Assembly (NCBI RefSeq): GCF_001194135.2
Contig: NC_068986.1
Coordinates: 53,802,872-53,838,701, forward strand
Origin: Octopus bimaculoides
Lineage: Eukaryota
Length of the DNA: 35,830 bases
Reading direction: 5' to 3'
A program made the position numbers and the translations under genes. Below, piece by piece: positions 21,450 through 33,269 of the stretch; position 1 is the first letter of the stretch, and the number at the start of each line of letters is the position of its first letter. Below the pieces are notes generated by a model. That model saw only the letters and a list, made by a program, of their open reading frames with translations. It made no database searches and had not been told where the DNA came from.

Positions 21450-23115
21450 CTAATCCTGGGGATTCATCCACACTGCAGTAAAGGAGAATGTCCTACAGCT
21501 CTATCATTTTGCTTGGCAAGCTTACTGGGAGCCCTCCTACCTCTCCTTTGGTAACCATCTCATCTGCCTCTGCTGTCCAACAGGGTGACCCATTTAGACC
21601 TGCTCCGTTTGCACTGGGTATTAATGATGTTACCCAGATGGAAGCTGGCCTGGACTTGAATGTCTGGTATCTTGATGTTGCTTGTTTGGGGATCCCTCCT
21701 GATAAAGTCCTTGCAACTGCAAGGACAATGATTCAGGAACTTGGTCATAGGAGCCTTAGTGTTAACAGTTCCAAATGCGAGCTCTGGCTCCTCAACTATC
21801 CAGCTTCACATCAGCAGACTGTAAACCTGTTTACAGACTCTTTCCCCTCACTTGCAGTTCCTCCTTTATCAGCATGTTGCTCTCTTGAAGCCCCAGTTAC
21901 TGACTGAGCTTTCAAGTCAATCTTTCAATTCAAGATGGCTAACTTTTATAAAGCCTTGAGGTAATTGAACAACTTTTAAAAAAACCTTGAGATAATTGAG
22001 CCCCACCAAGGCTTTTTATACTTAGGAATTACTTGACAATTTCTAAGTTATTGTATTTTCTCAGAGTTAGTCCTTCTTATAGATTCTTGTCATTTTTCTA
22101 ACTCAAATGTCAGACTCTAGAGTCCTGTGACAGGCTTTACCCAAATGGTTTGAGGACCCAAGTCTACATAAGTGCTTGTCTCTATTTCTTCCTTGTTTTC
22201 TTTCTCCCATCCATGCTTGCTCCCCTTTAGAAGGTAACATCTTCTCCTCTCCAACATAGACTAGTTCCAACAGGAAGATGGATAAAGCTCTCTTACAATG
22301 GAGAGAACTGAGTTTGTTAGTTCCTGTTACAATTGAAGATAGATGGAGGCAGAGAGTATAGGACAATCTGCGCTCAAGTGCAACTTTCAACTCCTTGATC
22401 AATCTGATCAATTTCCAAGATGTTGCCTACTTTCTACTAGTGTAAAATTCTTGGGGGACTGGGTTGATGCCTTGCCTGCAGCCAACATTGGTGGTCTACT
22501 CAGTCTAGATGAGCTCTGCATCTCCATCACACTCAGAGTGGGAGACAACATCTATCAGAGACTGAAATGTTGCTGTGGTAGGCCCCTCAACTTCATAGGT
22601 CTTCATGGTTTGTCTTGTCACCTAAATGCTGGTTGTTTCGCTCATTACACCAAGCTAAACTTAATCATTAAGCAGGCCCTGGCTCAGGTTAATATCTCCT
22701 CAGTTCTGGAGCCAGCAGAATTATCCAGAAGTGATGGGAAGAGACCAGATGGCCTTACCATTTATCCCTAAGTAAGAAATAAGTGATTCAACTGGGACAT
22801 CACAGTCTATGACTCCACTTCTTCCCACCACATCCTGGATGCTGTGGTGAATGGGAGGGTCACTGCTTCCATTGCTGAACAGAACAAAATCTTTATGTAT
22901 CAGGACCTGTCAGTGAACTATCTATTCCAGCCTGTTGCATTTGAGACGTTTGGTGGGGTTGGGCAAGTTCTCGACATTGTTGGTGGCTTACCTTACCAAG
23001 ATGTCAGGTGATGCCTGTAAGAGTGCTTGGCTGTTTCAATGCCTTATCTTCGCCATCACCTGTGGTAATGCCACGAGTATGTTGGACTGCTTCAGTAGGT
23101 TCCATTGAACCTTGT
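21450..23115 (+). mobile_element. Decayed CRE-clade-like non-LTR retrotransposon (RT, CCHC knuckle, restriction-like endonuclease)
   Basis: VQQGDP, WYLD, LSVNSSKCEL (RT); WVDALP..LRVG..CCCG..HGLSC (Zn knuckle); LEP..SDGKRPDGLT..WDITV..PVAFETFG and a terminal CGNATSMLD motif; multiple stops and frameshifts. Confidence 0.82.
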
Positions 23116-23898
23116 AGTTTGCGACCAAATGAGGCACTTTGTTTTGGATTGATGTTTTCCTTTTTCTTTATTTTTTTACTCTCCTTTTTTTCTTTCTTAT
23201 TCTTTCCTTGTTCTTCTTTTTCCATTTTTTTCTCCAGATTTTGGATTTGGATTTTTGATGTGGCTTTGTATTTTATATGTATCATATACATACATCTAAA
23301 TTCATTTTAAATTCTGTATGTTATTATCTTATATTAAACTATATTATATTTGAATGTTAATATGAAATAAATATATAAAAGTTTACAACCTTGTGTCTAT
23401 TTACACACACACACACACACATACACTAAACTTTCTAAGAATTTGATGATATCAATACAGATATGACAATGTATCCAATGCTGGCTTCATTCTCAAATAT
23501 TGCATTGATCCAAAGCTATGATATAAGACACCTAATAATGATGCTACAAAGTGAAATCAAACCTCAAACCTCACAATTATGGGACAATCATTTTGATTTG
23601 GTCAAGCATGCTTGCCTCTATGACATACATACTTACACACAGGCGCATACATGTAACTACATGTGTATTTAAACTGAATATGAATTTGTATTTTTTATTT
23701 AATTCAGCTTATTAACCGACAAAATTCTATCTCAGATGAACTTATACATAACACACATGTATGTATGCATGTATATGTATATTGTTAATGGTTTGCAGCC
23801 TTTAACTCAACATGCAGGAATTGAACACCTATTTTGTATATCTTTATCTACCTCTGAAGAGATTCAACTTTCAAATAATTTTTAATTTAATTAATTAA

Positions 23899-23934
23899 TT
23901 TTCTGAGGGTCTGGATTGAAACAGCTGTAAGGAA
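23899..23934 (+). ncRNA. Hammerhead remnant (HH3), core damaged
   Basis: UUUU-CUGA-GGGUCUGGAUU-GAAAC-AGCU-GUA-AGGA; shares GAAACAGCUGUAA with HH2 but lacks the NGA of the core. Confidence 0.3.
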
Positions 23935-24173
23935 TGTTTGTCAATTTTTTAATTAATAAATATTAATTTATTAATTACCTCTCTATTTTCTCACCTTATT
24001 ATTATGATATATAAATATTTATAAACCATGGTTACCTTGCAGTTGAATATTAAATATAACGTTCAATATTCTTTGTATCAATAACTAGCCAGTTACTTTC
24101 TTAGGATTTTGCTATCCCTGAAAGAAGTTTGTAACCTTTAATTGTTTGTGTGTGTATATATATATATATATAT

Positions 24174-24392
24174 ATCTGTAAAAATATGTGACACTTATTC
24201 AGTAGCCATGATAAAACTCCGAGTTTCCGATGCCCGGGTGGTGTTCCGCTCCAACCATCTCTTCAGTTATCCAGCCACCGGAGATTCTATTTGAAAAACA
24301 ACCATTATGGAAACAAAAACAAAGGAAAATAAGCAACCATAAACATAAGTTTTATCATGGCTACTGAATAAGTGTCACATATTTTTACAGAT
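24174..24392 (-). mobile_element. 219-bp element with perfect 45-bp inverted repeats and an internal hammerhead-like motif (Penelope-like short insertion or MITE)
   Basis: 24174-24218 is the exact reverse complement of 24348-24392; the left end abuts (TA)n. Confidence 0.8.
24210..24271 (-). ncRNA. Candidate minimal type I hammerhead ribozyme (HH1)
   Basis: GAUAA-CUGAAGA-GAUG-(23 nt)-CAUC-G-GAAA-CUC-G-GAGU-U/UUAUC: stem I 5 bp, stem II 4 bp, near-palindromic stem III, GUU site; one extra G before G12. Confidence 0.6.
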
Positions 24393-24671
24393 GCATTCCT
24401 CTATTTGCATAATATTGAGGTCTCTTTCTTTCTTTTGTTGCCATTCCTGCCAAATATANNNNNNNNNNNNNNNNNNNNNNNNNNNNNNNNNNNNNNNNNN
24501 NNNNNNNNNNNNNNNNNNNNNNNNNNNNNNNNNNNNNNNNNNNNNNNNNNNNNNNNNNNNNNNNNNNNNNNNNNNNNNNNNNNNNNNNNNTATATATAAG
24601 GATTTACTTTTCGTAATGAGATAAAAAAAAAAACCAAGGGTGTGTATAATATAGAACATTTATAAATAGAA

Positions 24672-24720
24672 GGTATTACAGCTGTTTCTAGGATATTTAT
24701 TATATCCCTTCATCAGAGAT
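24672..24720 (-). ncRNA. Degenerate minimal type I hammerhead (HH2)
   Basis: CUGAUGA-A-GGGAUAU-AAUAA-AUAUCCU-A-GAAAC-AGCU-GUA; core and stems II/III intact, stem I mostly mismatched. Confidence 0.55.
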
Positions 24721-25321
24721 GGTGTGAGAGGCTGGTTAAGCAATAGTTAGTTTAGATAAGATAGGATATATCCATGCATGCATGAGTGGACAGATGGAAG
24801 GAAGGATGGCAGGAAGGAAGGAAACTGTATACCTGGTCACTGTTTAGTACTACTGGAAACATGTAGCCCAATACAGCCTGACACATGGTTGAGCTTGGTG
24901 ACCAAGGCATCAACTACACCAAGCCTGTTTGGTGTGAAGGATGGTTTTCATGGGAGCCCTGTAGGACAAGAAACAAAACTCATCAAAAGGCAGATGACCT
25001 CAGTAGTAGTAGTGTCACCTGGATAGACCACCCTTTGACTTCCCCCCACCTATGCTACTACTCAGTACGGATGATGGACAACTAATAGCTTAGGTTCAGG
25101 GTAGTGAGAGACCCACTACTTTTTGTTTAGATGTCTCTCTTGGAAAAGAAAACTCTGATGTAACACTTTGTTTGCATTTAATGATGTAGACTAGTTCTTC
25201 TTGTGCAAGTACATATGTTGTCTAGAGAATGGGATTAGCCATGTGCAAAGTGTTTCCTCACTTTAAAATGCTTCAAGCACAGGCATTGCTTGATTTTTAA
25301 CATCTCCATTAACAACTCTAT

Positions 25322-25536
25322 TATGAGGGGGTACTGAAAAGTTCCTGGCTTTGGGTAAAAGAAAATACAGGAGGATCAGTTAATTATGATTTTATATATT
25401 CCCCCCATCGATTCACACACTTATTGCAGTAGTCCTTCAGTTTTTCTTAACCCAGTAAAAGAATTCAGACAGTTGGGCCTCCAACCAGATCTTCTGTGAT
25501 ATCCTTAAAGCCAAGAACTTTTCAGCACCCCTTCAT
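25322..25536. mobile_element. Tc1/mariner-type MITE, CpG-decayed copy
   Basis: About 30-bp TIRs (TATGAGGGGGTACTGAAAAGTTCCTGGCTTT / AAAGCCAAGAACTTTTCAGCACCCCTTCA); colinear with 27564-27780. Confidence 0.8.
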
Positions 25537-26037
25537 GTATGTTTCATACCACAGTTGGCTGTGACTGAAAAAAACCCCCAAAAACAATGAAAAGTTCCAT
25601 GATGGAATGAAAGCATGTGTCAGTATGAGCAATGAGTTCTCTGAACACCTGCTGCAAGAGGCAATCATTGTTGTCACACTTGGGCAAAAGGGTGTAGATT
25701 CCTAGCAGGACTGAAAAGCCACATCTCTGCTGCTAATGTTTAAAACAACTATTATCAAGTGATGGCATGCTTGAGATTGATTTGCAGTCATCATGTATGT
25801 ATACATTCACACACAAACACACATACATACACACATATCCATATATAAACGCACCAGTATACACACGCACACATACTTACACGGACACACATATATACAT
25901 ACATACATACATGCATACATGCATACACAGTCTATATAATTGTATTTTGTATTATAGGTGCGCGTGTTTTAGCACTAGAACATAACCAGTGCATATTACA
26001 TGCATGCATACATGTATACTTATGATGTCTCTTTGTC

Positions 26038-26119
26038 TGTGTGTATGTGTGTGTGTGTGTGTGCGCGCGCGCGCGTGCGCGTGTGTGCGTGTGTGTGTGT
26101 GTGTGCGCGCGCGCGCGCG

Positions 26120-26152
<33 letters not shown>
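26038..26152. repeat. Alternating purine-pyrimidine tract with (GT)n and two (GC)n runs
   Basis: Directly visible; about 115 bp uninterrupted alternation. Confidence 0.95.
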
Positions 26153-26587
26153 TTGTGATTGTGTCGCTGTGTACGTATACGTATACATTAATACAGGACA
26201 AATATTGAAAGCACAAGTAGTTTCCAGTTTCGCAGATTTGTCAATGAGTTCTGTTATAAATGGCTTTTCTGGCCAATATGGAAAGTACGACAAACACTCG
26301 CCTACTTACACTGAATGGGATAACAACACACAACGCGCAGTTATGACACAACATCGTGTATTATTCTTTTGTTATACCAGACCATGTGATTAGATGTGAT
26401 ATCATTTATGTGGTAAACGATTGGCCAAACTGACAGTTACCTAACGATCTGAAACTTTATCTAAGCAGTATGCATATCCTAGTAACGTGAAAAAACCATT
26501 AAGCCCTCTCTTTTCATTATATGCTAACCCCAATTGATGCATTCTAAATAAACACTCTATATACATATGTATAATATATAATATTAT

Positions 26588-26751
26588 GGCGTAGGCGTGA
26601 CTGTGTGGTAAGAAGCTTGCATCCGAACCACATGGTTCCGGGTTCAGTCCCGCTGCATGGCACCTTGGAGAAGTGTCTCCTGCTATACCCACAGGCCGAC
26701 CAAAGCCTTGAGAGTGAATTTGGCAGGCAGGAAACTGAAAGAAGCCCGTCG
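26588..26751 (+). mobile_element. SINE-A (tRNA-like head, CORE-like domain), then microsatellite and gap
   Basis: A/B-box-like tggtaag / ggttcagtcc, accttggagaagtg; near-identical to 33040 and 31591. Confidence 0.85.
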
Positions 26752-26936
26752 CATATATATGTGTGTTTGTGTGTGTGTGTGTGTNNNNNNNNNNNNNNNN
26801 NNNNNNNNNNNNNNNNNNNNNNNNNNNNNNNNNNNNNNNNNNNNNNNNNNNNNNNNNNNNNNNNNNNNNNNNNNNNNNNNNNNNNNNNNNNNNNNNNNNN
26901 NNNNNNNNNNNNNNNNNNNNNNNNNNNNNNNNNNNN

Positions 26937-26980
<44 letters not shown>

Positions 26981-27225
26981 TATACACGCATACACGCTCA
27001 AACACACGCACAAACACACGTACACACACACACACACATACACACACACACACACACACGTATTTATGGGTGAACTTTAGGTTAGTTAAAATATGTTTGT
27101 GACATATTGCAACTTCCAAAGACAAATTCACAGCAGATACCACGGAGATAAAATTTTCCCTTAAGGTAAAAGGTATAAAACACCATATCTTCCCAGTGCT
27201 GCCCCCTATCTGATTCCCCAGATAA

Positions 27226-27449
27226 GTTTCTAACTATTTAGCCTTTATCAATAGGAAATTCCGAAGAGCGGCAACTCTGGACAGACTTAATTAAAGCCGT
27301 AACATTAACTAAAACACACTCAGCAACATTCACTGAGTTCTCTGACCTGATGGTCTAATGTTTTAGGTAAAGCTGCGGCTTTAATTAAGTTTGTACAGAG
27401 TTGCCTCCCTTCGGTATTTCCCATTGATAACAGTTAAAGAACTAGAAAC
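27226..27449. repeat. Foldback element with 91-bp arms (27226-27316, 27359-27449)
   Basis: Gap-free complementary alignment, including ttatcaat, ccgaag, ggcaactctg and acttaattaaagccg; 42-nt spacer. Confidence 0.9.
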
Positions 27450-27563
27450 GTGTGTGGGATTTTGCCTTTAGAAATTGAAAAATGTAACAAAAATATATTT
27501 TAATTAATCTAAAGTTCGTTTATGCCTAAACACTGCTTGGTGCTGATGCTGCTGTAATATATA

Positions 27564-27780
27564 TACGACTGGATGCTGAAAAGTTCTTGCTTTGGGTAAA
27601 AGAAAATACTGGCGGATCAGTTACTTATGATTTTATTCAACATATTCCCCTCTCAGATTCACACACTTATTGCAGTGGTCCTTCATTTTCTGTGCCTGTA
27701 AAAGAACTCGGAAGGTCGGGCCTCCAACCAAGCCTTTCGCGACACCCCTAAAGCCAGGAACTATTCAGCACTCCCTCGTA
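27564..27780. mobile_element. Tc1/mariner-type MITE, CpG-retaining copy
   Basis: TACGA...TCGTA termini including TA; TIR core CTGAAAAGTTC / GAACTATTCAG. Confidence 0.8.
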
Positions 27781-28438
27781 TATCTATATATGTGTGTGTG
27801 TGTGGGGGGGGGGGGGTGAGAGAGAAAGAGAAGTGAAAAGATGGAAGTTTGATGACGATTATCAGCATCATGAACATTTTCAGCACACTCCTCCTTTCCA
27901 CTTCTCCTTCTCCTCCTGCACCTCATCATCATAATATAATAATGCGGTCACCTCTTCACACCCTCTTTCCACGCCCTTCCACACAACAACGGCTTTGTGT
28001 CGTGTCGTTTGGTGACTAAGTACTTTACAAAATCTTCTTAATACCAAACAGAAACTGCAAGTTCTCAATTACCGATTCCACTTGCTGTTTCGATGCCATA
28101 AACTATGCCGTTGCCACAATCTGGTCTGAACGGATCAGGTTGCAAATTACATTCTAAGTTATCACAGCACCGTAATTTGAACTGTGATTTCAAAGCCACA
28201 AATATGGATCATAGAGGTTGAATATCCTCTGTCTCTCTGTAGGATTCATTATTTTTATAGCTGTTGTTTAACAGCACTTTTGTCCTGATTAAGCAGACCT
28301 ATTATTTAAGGAAAATCTACCACGTTGGCATTACATGCTATTTATCAGATATATTAGGCCAAGGACTTTATTATAAGCTTCATATAACCTGGCAGATATT
28401 TGGCTGTTATTTCTAGCAGTCCGAACGACCACTTAAAC

Positions 28439-28580
28439 CAATGATTCCCAATCTGTGTTCCGCGGACCCCTGAGTGTCTGCGAACATGTTAAGCTGATAG
28501 ACCTTTCAGTATCCTGGGGCCCGTGGGAAAACTCATTTAAATAAAAGGGGTCCTTGGTAGTGAAAGTTTGGGAGCCACTG
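28439..28580. mobile_element. hAT (Charlie-like) MITE
   Basis: TIRs CAATGATTCCCAA / TTGGGAGCCACTG (10/13 complementary); 8-bp flanks acttaaac / acttcacc match 6/8. Confidence 0.7.
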
Positions 28581-28821
28581 ACTTCACCCGTCAGTTTGTG
28601 CAACTCGTATACCACTGCTGCGGCTGTTGTTTTTGTTTCTGTTTGTCCCCAGATCTGTTACAACAGACAAGACATCCTATGATAAAAGGCGTCCTAGCCA
28701 TGAGCACCTATTTCTTTTCTTTTTCTCCATTTTTTGTTTGTTTTAGGCATTGCATACCTTACTTAATCCTTCGCTATTTATGCAGCATACACCATCAATG
28801 ACTTCCCCACTCTCCTCTTGA

Positions 28822-28867
28822 CTCTGGGTTATCTCCTCTGGGCTATCTCCTCTGGGCTATCTCCTCT
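28822..28867. repeat. 14-bp tandem repeat (atctcctctgggct), about 3 units
   Basis: Directly visible. Confidence 0.85.
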
Positions 28868-29003
28868 ATTTCTCTCCAGTTGGATCCTTGTTTCTTTTTT
28901 TTTTCAGCTCTGTCTCAATATCTTGTCTCCAGCTATGTTTAGGCGTCCTCTTTTCCGCCTCCCTTTTGGAGTCCAAGTCAAGATCTGGTTACAATTTTAA
29001 GAC

Positions 29004-29194
29004 AAGGCCAGAAATTTAGAGGAAGGGTAAGGTCGATTACATCGATCCCAGTGCTCAACTGGTACTTATTTCATCGACCCCGAAAGAATGAAAAGCAAAA
29101 TCAACCTCGGCTGAATTTGAACCCAGAACGTAAAAATAGACGAAATGCCGCTAAGCATTATGCCCGGCGTGCTAACGACTCTGCCAGCTTACCG
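29004..29194 (-). mobile_element. SINE-B copy, CpG intact
   Basis: Reverse complement aligns to 35426 and 30089. Confidence 0.85.
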
Positions 29195-29985
29195 TCTGAC
29201 GTGTCATATATTTATTCTCCGTCTGACGTATCATTTATATTTTTTCTGAAGATAAGGCCTTCCTCTCTCAAGTCCTGGTTTTGGATTGTCATCGACGCTT
29301 CTGTAACTTCGTTGTTATTCTAGATAGGGCTGTTGGCTCTCCCAAACCCATTGTTACGTCTAGGAAGAAGTGGTCCTCGTTAACCTGGTCTTAATCGTTT
29401 GATCTACCGAGCGTGGGAGGCTCTACCAAGCACTTTCAGTCTGCTGACATTTCTCTCGGGGTCATTGAGGCAGAAAGCCACTACAATGCTATAAGGACTA
29501 AACGTTGCGTTGGCATTGGATATCTAGTACTACATTATCCAATGTGTCAGGCAACAGCGTTCGATCAATGGAAGATTTTGTTGGCAGCTATTTCTAGCAG
29601 GAAGGACGACCACACAGAGGCTCCATCGTTGACTTAATTCCCGTAAAGTATATATGCACGCAGGATATGGTTAATAAGTTTTACTTCTACCCTCCACACG
29701 CCTCTTCTTTATCTCTCTGCCCCACTTCTCTCTCTCCCGCCAGTAGCAAAAACAAGTCATAAACAACGCCCTCTACCACCACTGTTTAAAACAAAAATAA
29801 TAAGTATGTATTTACATATATAGCCATGTGATACATAACTTCGAGCTGATATATCCTGACTATAAATTATCTCCCCTGCTCATTAGTGCTATTGCTACAT
29901 TCAGTACATGATATGTAATGGAACTGAATCTAACAGAATCTAGAAGAGGCTGGAACTTTGTAGTTTGATAAGAGGAATACACACA

Positions 29986-30028
<43 letters not shown>

Positions 30029-30088
30029 GTGGGTCCAAAAAAGCCACGCACTTAAACATTTGACATCTTATATTAACGTTATTGTTAC

Positions 30089-30252
30089 GGCGGTGAGCTG
30101 GCGGAATCATTAGCATGCCGGATGATATGCTTAGCGGTATTTCGTCTGTCCTTACGTACTGAGTTCAAATTCCACCGATGGCGACTTTACCTTTCGGGGT
30201 TGATAAATTAAGCACCAGTGAAAAACGGGGGTCGATGTAATCGACTATCCCA
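30089..30252 (+). mobile_element. SINE-B copy
   Basis: Aligns to 35426 copy. Confidence 0.8.
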
Positions 30253-30621
30253 TATGTGGCTTGTCTGTTTTCCCTATGTGTTCATTCATTCTGTTGTCCG
30301 TAAAAAAGTTCGATTTTTGTGCTTTGTTTATGTTCCCGTTCCTTTTTTTGTCCACGTTTATTTTTTTTTGACGTCCTGTACCCGGATATGCATCTATATA
30401 TATACATGTAGATGTAGGTATGTATATATATGTATGTATATATGCATCATATGCTTACATATCATTTGTATTATGTGTATATATNNNNNNNNNNNNNNNN
30501 NNNNNNNNNNNNNNNNNNNNNNNNNNNNNNNNNNNNNNNNNNNNNNNNNNNNNNNNNNNNNNNNNNNNNNNNNNNNNNNNNNNNNNNNNNNNNNNNNNNN
30601 NNNNNNNNNNNNNNNNNNNNN

Positions 30622-30644
<23 letters not shown>

Positions 30645-30683
<39 letters not shown>
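30645..30683. repeat. (GA)n microsatellite
   Basis: Directly visible. Confidence 0.95.
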
Positions 30684-30686
<3 letters not shown>

Positions 30687-31590
30687 ATAAATAGATCGAT
30701 AGATACAGTGGTAGATAGGTGTGTGTGTGTGTGTGTGTTAGTGACTCGTGCGAAGATTGTGCCTGTGTATCACTGTTATACATGCTATACCATTCGTTGT
30801 CAATCTCCCATTGAGACGTGTGTTCCGTGGTGGAAGATTCTTGTTTGGAAACGAGTTGGGGTGAGTGAAAGGAAGGGTACCAGGCTGTAGAAAAGCTAAC
30901 TCGATAAATTTCGTCCGACCTATGAAACCATGGAACGAGGATCATCACCATGGTGATGATGATATGAAACAAACATAAACATTAGTCACATCTCTATCTC
31001 TCTCTCTTTCTCTTTCGCTTTCTCTCTCTCTCTTCCCCTCTCTCTCTTCTCCTCTCTCTCTCTCTCTCTCTCTTGACAAACAAGTTACACTTTGCCTGAC
31101 ATATTCTTGTTCCGTCTTTCTACATCGACGTCGTACATATGCAGTCTGATATATCAATCAAACATACAGACGCACGAACTCATGTGTACATAGACATATA
31201 TTTGAAAACAAACCTAATTGATGTTGTAGTCACACTGACAGACGAAATTTTCATTACATTAGAAAAAGACATAGTTCAACAGATTTCCAGTGAAAGGAAA
31301 ACGTACTCCTCTTACTCCTGTTACATATACTCGGCTGTGTTGTTTATGTCAGACATACATAACTCTTAATGACCATGAATGGCTTTATGTAAATACTAAT
31401 GATAATATGGATTAGGTTTCCTATTCTTTGATTTCATTCCACTGATGAGCCAGTTGCATGTAATATGTGATTACATATATTTAAGGTAACTGTACGCAAT
31501 GAAAAGCACTATATATGTGATTGTGTGTGTGTGCGTGTCTGTGCCTGTGTCTGTATGTATACACACGCACACACGCAAAAATCTATCATA

Positions 31591-31752
31591 GGTGCTGGCG
31601 TAGATGTGTAGTAAGAAGCTTGCTTCCCAACCACATGGTCCCAGGATTAGTTCCACTGCGTGGCACCTCGGTCAAATGTCTTCCACTACAGTCTCGGCCG
31701 CCCAAAGCCTTTCGAGTAAATTTGGTAGACGGGAACTGTAAGAATCCGGTCA
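31591..31752 (+). mobile_element. SINE-A copy followed by (TATC)n and a gap
   Basis: Aligns to 26588-26751. Confidence 0.8.
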
Positions 31753-31756
31753 TTTA

Positions 31757-31815
<59 letters not shown>
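31757..31815. repeat. (TATC)n microsatellite
   Basis: Directly visible. Confidence 0.95.
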
Positions 31816-33039
31816 NNNNNNNNNNNNNNNNNNNNNNNNNNNNNNNNNNNNNNNNNNNNNNNNNNNNNNNNNNNNNNNNNNNNNNNNNNNNNNNNNNNNN
31901 NNNNNNNNNNNNNNNNNNNNNNNNNNNNNNNNNNNNNNNNNNNNNNNNNNNNNNNNNNNNNNNNNNNNNNNNNNNNNNNNNNNNNNNNNNNNNNNNNNNN
32001 NNNNNNNNNNNNNNNNNNNNNNNNNNNNNNNNNNNNNNNNNNNNNNNNNNNNNNNNNNNNNNNNNNNNNNNNNNNNNNNNNNNNNNNNNNNNNNNNNNNN
32101 NNNNNNNNNNNNNNNNNNNNNNNNNNNNNNNNNNNNNNNNNNNNNNNNNNNNNNNNNNNNNNNNNNNNNNNNNNNNNNNNNNNNNNNNNNNNNNNNNNNN
32201 NNNNNNNNNNNNNNNNNNNNNNNNNNNNNNNNNNNNNNNNNNNNNNNNNNNNNNNNNNNNNNNNNNNNNNNNNNNNNNNNNNNNNNNNNNNNNNNNNNNN
32301 NNNNNNNNNNNNNNNNNNNNNNNNNNNNNNNNNNNNNNNNNNNNNNNNNNNNNNNNNNNNNNNNNNNNNNNNNNNNNNNNNNNNNNNNNNNNNNNNNNNN
32401 NNNNNNNNNNNNNNNNNNNNNNNNNNNNNNNNNNNNNNNNNNNNNNNNNNNNNNNNNNNNNNNNNNNNNNNNNNNNNNNNNNTATATATATATGAGTGCA
32501 TACGCACGCACTCGTATAATCATGCAACACGTGTGTGTGCGCGTGTTGTGTATTCCAGAAGCTCATCTTTTCTTGCCGCTCAGTTAAAGACCTGTCAAAG
32601 ACAACACGTTCTGCTCAGAAGCGCAAAGAAATCAACGTTACTCATAATCTCTGTTTCTCTATCATTTGAAACTAATCTAACGATATTTACGGCGCCAAGC
32701 AAACAATTAATCCAGATCCTAATACGCTCATAGAATATATAAGAGAATTTGATCAAGATAAATGCTTGTATCTGATAGTAAACTAAGGCAAATTTGCGTA
32801 CCAGATAACAAACATACATATATTTATATAAACATCCTATCTATTTCCCTTGTCTTAAATGATAAGTGTTATTTGTGGTATGGAATTGATGTATATATTT
32901 GTGCTAAAGTGTTAAGAAGTACGTTGTTAGATTCTGGATGCTCTCCCTTCATTAAAACCTCTTTTTACTTAAGGTTTATTTTTAACGATCATAAAATAAT
33001 TTTTAATATGGATAATTACACACACATATATATATATAG

Positions 33040-33203
33040 GGCGCAAGAGTGGCTGTGTGGTGAGTAACTTGCTTACCAGCACCACATGATTCCGGGTTCA
33101 GTTCCTCCATTTGACACTTTGGGAAAGTGTCTTCTATTATAGCCTCGCGCCGACCAAAGCCTTGTGAGTAGATTTCGTAGACGGAAACTGAAAGAAGTCC
33201 GTC

Positions 33204-33269
<66 letters not shown>

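Noticed and set aside
23004-23291. Lys/Glu-rich minus-strand ORF
   Set aside because: Antisense of a T-rich tract and the end of the CRE-like element.
25580-25780. Possible RT fragment (KFHDGMKACV)
   Set aside because: Only one short motif; too degraded to call.
30941-30960. Perfect 20-bp palindrome atcatcaccatggtgatgat
   Set aside because: Low complexity, explained by fold-back of a (GAT)n tail.
31441-31475. CTGATGAG hammerhead half-core
   Set aside because: No downstream GAAA or stems.
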